Of a DNA stretch of 49,648 nucleotides, positions 27,830-35,108 are shown piece after piece. Numbering within the stretch: the first letter of the stretch is position 1; each line of letters starts with the position of its first letter. Where the stretch lies: positions 1 through 49,648 of the IMG/VR virus record IMGVR_UViG_3300030606_000009. The stretch is one strand, 5' to 3'. The notes beneath the pieces were generated by a model, which worked only from the letters and a program-made list of their open reading frames with translations, was not told the DNA's origin and searched no databases. Origin of the DNA: a virus (Duplodnaviria; Caudoviricetes). Position numbers and translations under genes: made by a program.

Positions 27830-28485
27830 TCCTCCACGTAGCGGACCTCAGTCCGCAGGCCGGTGATCCCGACCACACCGGACGGCCCTCCCGTGATCGT
27901 GCTCAACGAGCCCGAAACCCGCATCGTGTGGGTGCCGGTGGACAGGGCCGGGGATGCCGACAGGCTGCCGCCCAGCGACGCCGACGCATTGACGGCCAGC
28001 GCACCCGTCTGGAAGCGTGCGACCTCGGTCCCGCCGACCGCCCCGTCCCACACCTTGATGATGACCGACGCGGCGGCCGTGAACATCTGGATGAGGGTGA
28101 AGAAGTGGACCGCGACCGGACGGACCGGACCAACCTCGATGGTCTTGGCCAGCGCCGTCAACTCGGTGTTTCCGGTCGTGGTGATCGTGGTGGCAGACCC
28201 GCCGGTAAACGACGCCGCACCCAGTACGGACGGGGCAGGAGTGAAGTAGGGCAGGTCGTTGTAGGCGGTGGTGCCGTCGCCGATCTTGAACAGGCCCGTG
28301 TCCCGCTCGGTGCCGTGCTGCCCGGCCGCCAACGTCGGATTGTCGGTCGCAAGACCTGTCGCCCCATCGACCCGTGGCGGCAGGATCAGGGCACGGCGTG
28401 TGACCCCCGCCTGGACGAGCGCGGCCTGCTCGGAGCCGGTGAACGGTGCCGCCGGCGGCAGCTCGGAGATACGCACGTCAGGCAC
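27826..28485 (-). CDS. Fibre protein with Mtd_N-like domain
   Basis: VRISELP, NPTLAAGQHGTERDTGLFKIGDGTTAYNDLPY. Confidence 0.8.
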   Translation of the reverse strand: MPDVRISELPPAAPFTGSEQAALVQAGVTRRALILPPRVDGATGLATDNPTLAAGQHGTERDTGLFKIGDGTTAYNDLPYFTPAPSVLGAASFTGGSATTITTTGNTELTALAKTIEVGPVRPVAVHFFTLIQMFTAAASVIIKVWDGAVGGTEVARFQTGALAVNASASLGGSLSASPALSTGTHTMRVSGSLSTITGGPSGVVGITGLRTEVRYVEE

Positions 28486-28486
28486 G

Positions 28487-28597
28487 TCACACCTCCAACG
28501 GCACGTCGTTCTCGGTGGTCAACACGTCGCCGTCCTCAGTCAGCAGCAGGACAGCATCGTCGTCGCACGGGCAGCAGTCCGGGCAGCCAGCAGCCAT
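28487..28597 (-). CDS. 36-aa acidic Cys-rich peptide (not in the ORF track)
   Basis: MAAGCPDCCPCDDDAVLLLTEDGDVLTTENDVPLEV. TGATG overlap upstream, fills the gap exactly. Confidence 0.7.
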   Translation of the reverse strand: MAAGCPDCCPCDDDAVLLLTEDGDVLTTENDVPLEV

Positions 28598-29409
28598 CAG
28601 GTCCCCGCCCTACGCACAGCCGGCCCCCCGAAGTCCGGCGACAGGACCGACGGGGGCCGTCGCAGCCCGGACGGGTTGTGGGCGGCGATCACCAGGTCGA
28701 CCTCCGGGATGCCGGTCAGCCCGGCACGGAACAGCTCCAGGCTGTCGTTGACGATCAGCTCCTCGGTCACCCCCTGACGGACCAGCGTCTGCACCCCATT
28801 CGGCAGACGGCACTTGCCGGCCGTCTCCGGCTGGCAGGACAGCACCAGCTCGCACGCCAGCACGGCCGCCGCATGGACCGCCTCGGCAGGCGGGTCGACC
28901 CCGTGCACGAACGTCACATCGAACGTGTCCGGATCAGACGCAGGGTCGCCGGTCAGATCCTGGCAGCACGGCCACCCGGACCCGTCGACCCGGACCAGCC
29001 GCGACCAGTCATCGATCCGGTAGGCCGCCGGGTCCAGGACGGCACCGTCGATGCGGACCTGCGTGACCGACACGACCGGATACAGGCCCAGGTCGACCTC
29101 CGGCAGGGCCGAGCAGCCGCACCGATCCCCACGATGGCAGCCGCACGACGACATGACCTGCCATCCGGCGTTCTCCAGGGCACGGCGCTGGTCGGCCCCC
29201 AACCGGTCGGACGTGTAGCGGGAACAGGGCCGGACCGTCTCCGTGCATGACCCCGGCCATTGCCGGCCGAGCAGGGCATACAGCAGGTTCGACGACGCCT
29301 CAAGCATGTCGTCGAGCAGCGTCGCGTCGAGTTCGTAGTCCGAGCAGGGATCACAGAGGTCGGCCGTGGTGGCCCAGGCGCTACAGACTCCTGTCCTTGG
29401 TGCGGCCAT
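28597..29409 (-). CDS. Head-to-tail adaptor
   Basis: VRIDG...YRID...LVRVDGSGWPCCQDL, CRLP...VRQGV, TGIPEVD...NP motifs. Confidence 0.8.
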   Translation of the reverse strand: MAAPRTGVCSAWATTADLCDPCSDYELDATLLDDMLEASSNLLYALLGRQWPGSCTETVRPCSRYTSDRLGADQRRALENAGWQVMSSCGCHRGDRCGCSALPEVDLGLYPVVSVTQVRIDGAVLDPAAYRIDDWSRLVRVDGSGWPCCQDLTGDPASDPDTFDVTFVHGVDPPAEAVHAAAVLACELVLSCQPETAGKCRLPNGVQTLVRQGVTEELIVNDSLELFRAGLTGIPEVDLVIAAHNPSGLRRPPSVLSPDFGGPAVRRAGT

Positions 29410-29430
29410 CGGTCACCTCCGGTCAACCGG

Positions 29431-30096
29431 TCAGGAGGCCGCTAGTTCGGCGAACCCGCAGACGGCCGCAGGGATGGTCGTGTCGGCCACATACTGCCAT
29501 GCCCGGTCCGCAGCCACGTCCGACAGGGTCGCGAAGTCGTTGACGGGCCCGTCGAACCAGTTGGCGTTCTCGTGGGCCTCCCCGGTGAACGTCCGCGGGG
29601 CATTGGAGTTGCCGAACGGGCCGAGCGACGAGATCCGCAGGTTGCGGACCCGAGGCAGAATCCACCGCCAGTACGGCTTGCCGTCGGTGGCGGGCAGGCC
29701 GTTGACCGACCGGACCGTCCAATACTCCACCGACACGTCGTCAGGGCAGGTCGCCGTCCGAAGCGTGCGGGTACCCCACCCGACCGTGTCACCAGCCAGG
29801 GTGTGCAGGACGCCGTCTGCGATCAGCAGCGACGACAACTCCGGGTCGACGGTGAGCAGGTCAGACCCGAAGTTCCACCACTTCTCCTGGGCACACTGCC
29901 GGTTGGAGACGATGATCTCCCCGCAGCCGTTGGCCTCTTCGATCTCGGGCGGGGTGAACAGCTCCGGGGTCAGCCGGATCTGAACAAACCCGTCGGACGT
30001 GTACAGGTTGGATGCGCCCGGTTCGGGGACGCCAGCCGACCCGATCCGTGCGATACGGACCGCACACATCTGGACGCTCGCGGCGCAAGGGTTCAT
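29431..30096 (-). CDS. Major tail (tube) protein
   Basis: EANGCGEIIV, YWRWILPRV, FDGP motifs. RBS GGAGG. Ends AAS. Confidence 0.8.
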   Translation of the reverse strand: MNPCAASVQMCAVRIARIGSAGVPEPGASNLYTSDGFVQIRLTPELFTPPEIEEANGCGEIIVSNRQCAQEKWWNFGSDLLTVDPELSSLLIADGVLHTLAGDTVGWGTRTLRTATCPDDVSVEYWTVRSVNGLPATDGKPYWRWILPRVRNLRISSLGPFGNSNAPRTFTGEAHENANWFDGPVNDFATLSDVAADRAWQYVADTTIPAAVCGFAELAAS

Positions 30097-30114
30097 TCGA
30101 TGACCTCCTGTGGA

Positions 30115-30390
30115 TCACGCTTGTCGGCGCGCCGCGCGAATGCGGAGCGTCGTGTCTGGGTCGCCGTGGCGGTTGACACGCTGTAGGTGCATCCCGCAAT
30201 ACTCGGCCTTGCCGTGGCTGTCGCGCCCGCAGCCGGACACCGCACAGACCGGATGGGGGCCTTCCATGTGCTGCAGGGTCGTTGTCGGGTCGCCGTGACG
30301 GCGCCACCGCATGTAGTGCTTGCGGCACCATCCGCGAGCGTCGGCAGGCGTCGGACACCCGTCGATGCTGCAGGTCGAAGCTTCTGTCAT
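30115..30390 (-). CDS. Tandem zinc-finger protein (two CxxxxC...CxxH...RHGDP units), no nuclease domain
   Basis: CSIDGC...GWCRKHYMRWRRHGDP and CAVSGC...YCGMHLQRVNRHGDP. Confidence 0.75.
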   Translation of the reverse strand: MTEASTCSIDGCPTPADARGWCRKHYMRWRRHGDPTTTLQHMEGPHPVCAVSGCGRDSHGKAEYCGMHLQRVNRHGDPDTTLRIRAARRQA

Positions 30391-30411
30391 GAGGCTCATT
30401 CTAGGAGCCTC
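30391..30411 (-). promoter_or_regulatory. Leaderless -10 TAGAAT enclosed by a 7-bp inverted repeat
   Basis: GAGGCTC-cTAGAAT-GAGCCTC-ATG. Confidence 0.5.
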
Positions 30412-31258
30412 CCGATGCGCATACAGGGACGTCCATCCGTACCGCGCCGTGCACACACCCGTCCCAGTAGGCCGCGACAGTCTCGGTGGCGAACACGGTG
30501 AACGTGTTGGTCGACCGGTCCACCCCCGCGATCGCCTCCGCGGCATCCGGGACGTCCACACCGGAACGGCGCAGCAGCACCGGGCCGGTGGCGTACGCCC
30601 ACACGTCGCCGTCGGAGGCTGCCGCACCGTCGGGCGACGAGCCGTCGTAGCCGGCACCCGGCACGATCACGTTGTCGAACAGGTCGAGGATGATCGGGCC
30701 TTCCCGACGCAGGTTGTTCGAGCATGACCATGCGGTCACGGTCGCATGGGTCGCATGGATGAACCCGCGCTGGCCGCCGTTGACCTCCGCGATGTGCTGC
30801 TGGAGACATTGCAGGCCACGCAGGGCGGTGGTCGGCCCGCCTTGGGTGAGGTCGTCGGAATCGGTGGACGCCAGAAACAGGTTCGACCAGCCTGACGCCG
30901 CCGACAGGGTGCCCGTCCACAGCTCCGCAGACACCTCCGTTTCGACCCGTGACGCGTGCCGGCGGCGGACACGGGCCTCCCAGTCCCGCGGAGGGCCGAC
31001 CAGTGCGGTGCACCGGTATGGGGTGACGACCAGCATCGGCTCCCACACGACGTCCGCCACATCGGCAGGGACCGTAAACGTCGGCGGGGCGCACGGGTCG
31101 GCGACCTGCCCGTCCACACACCCTTCCGGGTCGAACGCGAACCCGTTCTGCCATCGTCCCTGGCTTTCGTCTTCGACCGTGACGGCCGAGGCGACCAGCC
31201 CGACACGTGCAGGGCCGGCGATCGGTGCGGCAACCGGTGTCGCCGGCCCTGCTCCCAC
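30401..31258 (-). CDS. Second capsid protein (pentamer-type, as in cluster-B-like actinophages)
   Basis: Directly after the major capsid gene. RWQNG, ELWTG, VPGAGY, WAYATGPV motifs. Ends SGGS. Confidence 0.7.
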   Translation of the reverse strand: MGAGPATPVAAPIAGPARVGLVASAVTVEDESQGRWQNGFAFDPEGCVDGQVADPCAPPTFTVPADVADVVWEPMLVVTPYRCTALVGPPRDWEARVRRRHASRVETEVSAELWTGTLSAASGWSNLFLASTDSDDLTQGGPTTALRGLQCLQQHIAEVNGGQRGFIHATHATVTAWSCSNNLRREGPIILDLFDNVIVPGAGYDGSSPDGAAASDGDVWAYATGPVLLRRSGVDVPDAAEAIAGVDRSTNTFTVFATETVAAYWDGCVHGAVRMDVPVCASGGS

Positions 31259-31283
31259 GTGTCGCTACTCCCTCGTCGGTCGG

Positions 31284-33068
31284 TCAGGAACCGCTGGTGC
31301 AGGGGTCCACGTCCTCGCCTGCCGAAGACTTCCCGGACGGGCAGACGTCCATCAGCAGGTTCAACGATTCGACGCCGACCATCGCATGGCCCTCGAAGGT
31401 CTCCATGAACGCCTGCACGTCGTTGGTCTGGTTGAGCGTCGAGTCGCGGATCTCCATGCCGAAGTCCAACGTCCCGCCGTCCAGGAACAGGTGGGTGCCC
31501 GGCGCAAACATCATCACCTCGATGGTGTTGGGCCACGCCAGCAGATGCCCGGCCGGCTGCGCCGCGAACTCCTGCTCCGCATCCGGGCTGTAGACGGGCA
31601 CCAGATGCATGTTCGCATACCAGGTCGCGATGGTCTGGTCGGTGACCGCATACGTGTTGTCGCCGGGCAGCTGACGGAGCAGGTCGGCCCGGATCGCATC
31701 GGTCGACCAGTCGGGGGTGATGACCTGGAGCGTCTCGGTCCGGCCCATCCGATGGCGGGACCGGTACTGGGCTGCGGCCTGCCCGAGGTTTTCGAAGTAG
31801 TCGCGGGCGAACCCGAGCAGCTGCCCGGTCGTGACCCCCGTCCCTGCCGTGCTGGCGCGGTCCCACAGCTGCTCATCGGCAGTGCGGGCGTGGGCGATGG
31901 TGGCCAGCTCCCACCAGCGTCCGAAATGCTCGGCGAACGTCATCTTCTGGAAGTTGCCGACCTGGAGGCACTGGGTGAGCGCGTCGATCACATCGGTGGT
32001 CTCGGTGCCGCACGAGATGGTCTGGCACGGCTTGACGTTCGCCCCGGGGTTGGTGTCGGTGGCTTCGGTCCACAGGACGACGGCCGTGTCGTCGTCGGCC
32101 GTGTAGGTGCCGTCCACGTCCGTGTTGATCGTCGCGAGCGACGGCGGGGTGATACGGCGGATGCCGCCACGGTCGGTCCCGAACCGCAGGAAGCCGTCGC
32201 GGACGGGCCGGCGGGCGTCACCGATCCCGTACAAGTCGAACGAGTTGTCCAGCGGGGCACACAGCCCGCCGGCGGAGGCGACACCCTGATAGTCGTTGTT
32301 GGCACGGTCGCGGGCGTAGCGGGCGACCGCGTCGACCTTGCGGCCGTTGGACAGCTGCTTGGACTCGTCGTCCGCACCGACCGCCAACGTCCGGTCGTCG
32401 GGGTAGACGGCCCGTACCGTCCCCAGGGCGACAGGCCCGTTGGTGGTGCCGTGCCGGCGCATCCGGTCGATCTTTTCGGCGACCGCGAACCCGAACCGTT
32501 CCAGGTCGTCGACCGGGGTCCCTTCGGGGAAGCCGGGCAGGTTCGAGGCGGACTCGAATGCGACGGGCCGTTCGGCGCGCGGTTCGGTGCCGGCCGGGCG
32601 GGTCATGGTGGCGGCACGCGGCCGGACCGTGGCGGCGATCGGCGTCACCACAGGCTCGGTGGGCTCTTCCGGCTCGACCGCCGGTGCCGCACCCTCGCCC
32701 TCGGGCTGTTCGTCAACGTCAGCGGGCTCGTCGCCGTCGCCGCCCTCACCGTCGTCCTCAGACTCGGACCCTTCGTCGGAGTCTTCGGGGGTGATCGAGG
32801 CGATCAGCTCGTCCGCCTCAGCCTGCGCCTGCTCGGCAGCCTCCACCAGCTCGCCGCGGCGGGTCTGGATCGCCTGCACATGTGGGGTCAGCCGCCTGAT
32901 CGTGTCCAGATCGACCGGGTCGGCAGACCGGGCCGTCTGGATCGCTTCGACCAGCGCCAGCTCGACCTCGTCGAGACGCCCCATCTCCGGGACGACGTCA
33001 GGATCGAGGACCTGCTCGACGTCGGTTTCGAGGCTTGCGATCAGTTCGTTGAGTTCGTCGGGGTTCAC
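31284..33068 (-). CDS. Major capsid protein (hexamer-type) with N-terminal scaffold-like region
   Basis: Acidic helical N-terminus, ASAGGLCAP, DGGTLDFGMEIRDSTLNQTND. GTG 33068 after GGAG. Ends SGS. Confidence 0.9.
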   Translation of the reverse strand: MNPDELNELIASLETDVEQVLDPDVVPEMGRLDEVELALVEAIQTARSADPVDLDTIRRLTPHVQAIQTRRGELVEAAEQAQAEADELIASITPEDSDEGSESEDDGEGGDGDEPADVDEQPEGEGAAPAVEPEEPTEPVVTPIAATVRPRAATMTRPAGTEPRAERPVAFESASNLPGFPEGTPVDDLERFGFAVAEKIDRMRRHGTTNGPVALGTVRAVYPDDRTLAVGADDESKQLSNGRKVDAVARYARDRANNDYQGVASAGGLCAPLDNSFDLYGIGDARRPVRDGFLRFGTDRGGIRRITPPSLATINTDVDGTYTADDDTAVVLWTEATDTNPGANVKPCQTISCGTETTDVIDALTQCLQVGNFQKMTFAEHFGRWWELATIAHARTADEQLWDRASTAGTGVTTGQLLGFARDYFENLGQAAAQYRSRHRMGRTETLQVITPDWSTDAIRADLLRQLPGDNTYAVTDQTIATWYANMHLVPVYSPDAEQEFAAQPAGHLLAWPNTIEVMMFAPGTHLFLDGGTLDFGMEIRDSTLNQTNDVQAFMETFEGHAMVGVESLNLLMDVCPSGKSSAGEDVDPCTSGS

Positions 33069-33173
33069 AGCGTTGCTCCACACGAGACGGTTTCGTTTCG
33101 GGGAGCCCGACGTGCCGGTCCTGTGTCCCGGCTGTGCGGCTGCGGCTGTGACGCGGCCTGCCCGCCAGCCTTG

Positions 33174-33202
33174 AAACTACATCAGTGACGTTTCCGGTGC
33201 AA
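33174..33202 (-). promoter_or_regulatory. SigA-type promoter upstream of the major capsid gene
   Basis: TTGCAC-N17-TAGTTT. Confidence 0.65.
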
Positions 33203-33213
33203 CCAACCTCGAC

Positions 33214-34719
33214 TCAGACGCCGATGCTGCCTGCGAGCAGGTCCGCATGCCGGCGGTCAAGATCCAGGGCGGCGGCGTACCGTTCGGCCTCGGCAGCCTC
33301 CAGCGCGGCCAGCCGGTCCTCCACACACGGCCCACAGCCGGCCTTGCCGGAGGCGGAGGCGGCGACAGCCCCGGCCGCAACCTGCGCAGCCGTCAGATAC
33401 CCCTTCGGGAACCCCTCCACGTTCACGGCAGGCAGCCCGACCAGACACATCTGGCCGCGCTCGTCGGCCTCCCAATGCCCCGACACCCCCGACGAGGCGA
33501 GAGCATAGACGTCGTCATCGGAGGCTCCCGGACGGACCCGGCCGGCAAACCAGACCCCGTAGGCGTCGCTGCCGACACGGACGTCTGCGACGGCACGGCC
33601 CGTCTTGTCGTAGTGGGCGGTCGCCGCAGCCACCCCGATGTTGACGTCCGCATGCGACCCGCCGACACAGATCACCCCGGTTCTCCTGCCCCCTGCGGCA
33701 GGGCAGGAGAACCGCATGAACGTGCCGTTGTTCGCATCGGGCGGCAGGATGCAACGGTCGGGCCGGCCGACCAGGCAGATGCCGTACGGGTTGACGTGCC
33801 CGAACACCCGGCCGTCGCCGGTCACCGTCGTCGGGGCGGACCAGCGGTCCCGTTCCGGGTCGTACAGCAGCCGGTCATCGGTTCCGGGCAGCCCGAACTT
33901 CGGGTCGTCGAACCAGTCCTCGAACCCTTCGACCCGGACCAGCGACAGGGAGCCCGAGGCGGCGATCGCCAATTTGGCGTCGGCATGAGCGGGCGTGTCG
34001 ACGATGGCGACATGCCGGATACGGCCGTGGGTGATGACCTCGATCGCGTCGTCGTGCCGGAACCGGTCGATGGTGACCCGGCCGTCGGCGTCGGGCCCCT
34101 CGTCGGCAGGCTGCTCTTCGGTCTGTTCAATGACGTCGACCGACACCCGCAGCTCGGCTTCGAGCTCATCGAGCGACACCGACACGCCGACCGCCCCCTC
34201 AGCCAGCAACTCGGCCGCCCGCCGTACCGCCGCCTGCGTCTCCGGGTCCTCCGAGTCGCCTGACAGCCACCCGTCCACCGCCACGATCTCGGACCCTTCA
34301 CGTCGGAAGCCGGCGATTCCGCCGACGACCTGGCCCGAATGGTCGCCGTCGTAACGGTCCCAGATGATCGTCACCGGCCCGTCCGGCCAGGTGATCGCCC
34401 CGTCCTCGGCCATCTTGCCGCCGCCGGTCGGCTCCCCCTCGACGAACACGGTCCCTTCGACCGGGATTCTTGATCCGAGCTCGGCCGCAGCAACAACAGC
34501 CGCTCGCCCGCCGTCCCCAGCCACTTCGCCGTCGTCGCCGGGGCTGTTGAGCCATGACGACATGGCCAGGAACCCGTCCACGTCCGGCTTGCCGCCCTGC
34601 CCGAGCCGGGTGAACGTCGACGGGGACACGCCGATCTCGTCGGCCACCGCCCGCCACGACATCCCCCGCGTCTTGCGGCGGACATCCAGCATCGTGTGCA
34701 GCCGCGTCACGTCAAGCAT
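33214..34719 (-). CDS. Capsid maturation protease with N-terminal XRE-type HTH
   Basis: RGMSWRAVADEIGVSPSTFTRL (HTH). GVSVSLD, AIVDTPA, DGRVFGH, AHYD...ADVRVG...GVWFAG, SGHW (protease). RBS GAAAGG. Confidence 0.82.
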   Translation of the reverse strand: MLDVTRLHTMLDVRRKTRGMSWRAVADEIGVSPSTFTRLGQGGKPDVDGFLAMSSWLNSPGDDGEVAGDGGRAAVVAAAELGSRIPVEGTVFVEGEPTGGGKMAEDGAITWPDGPVTIIWDRYDGDHSGQVVGGIAGFRREGSEIVAVDGWLSGDSEDPETQAAVRRAAELLAEGAVGVSVSLDELEAELRVSVDVIEQTEEQPADEGPDADGRVTIDRFRHDDAIEVITHGRIRHVAIVDTPAHADAKLAIAASGSLSLVRVEGFEDWFDDPKFGLPGTDDRLLYDPERDRWSAPTTVTGDGRVFGHVNPYGICLVGRPDRCILPPDANNGTFMRFSCPAAGGRRTGVICVGGSHADVNIGVAAATAHYDKTGRAVADVRVGSDAYGVWFAGRVRPGASDDDVYALASSGVSGHWEADERGQMCLVGLPAVNVEGFPKGYLTAAQVAAGAVAASASGKAGCGPCVEDRLAALEAAEAERYAAALDLDRRHADLLAGSIGV

Positions 34720-34730
34720 CGTTTCGCCTT

Positions 34731-35072
34731 TCAAACGGTCAGGGGGTCGCCGTCGAACGAACCCCGCTCAATCTGGACGATCCGTCCGAACTGCCTCCGC
34801 GACGACAGGACGGCCTCGACGATCCGGCCGTCCTCGATCGTCACCGTCAGGCCGGGCAGCATCCCGCGTGCGACCGCACGTGCCGCAGCCCGTCCCGGCC
34901 CGGTGTCATCGTCAATGTCGGCGACCGCCTTAAGCGCGAGCCCGCCGTCGAACCGGATGTCGGTCAGGACCCCGACCAGCGGTGCGGAGGCGTCGAGGTC
35001 GGCCCGCAGCGGGATCGGCGGGTCGAAGTCGGGTCCGACGACCGCCAGGACGGGGACGTGATGTCTCGGCAT
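34731..35072 (-). CDS. Hypothetical protein, probably leaderless
   Basis: TACAGT-N7-ATG 35072. Confidence 0.6.
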   Translation of the reverse strand: MPRHHVPVLAVVGPDFDPPIPLRADLDASAPLVGVLTDIRFDGGLALKAVADIDDDTGPGRAAARAVARGMLPGLTVTIEDGRIVEAVLSSRRQFGRIVQIERGSFDGDPLTV

Positions 35073-35108
35073 GCCCGGCACTGTAACGGATGTCGAACGG
35101 CCTGTCGT

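Noticed and set aside
27826-28485. Diversity-generating retroelement suggested by the Mtd_N domain
   Set aside because: No reverse transcriptase, and no template/variable repeat pair differing at adenines was seen.
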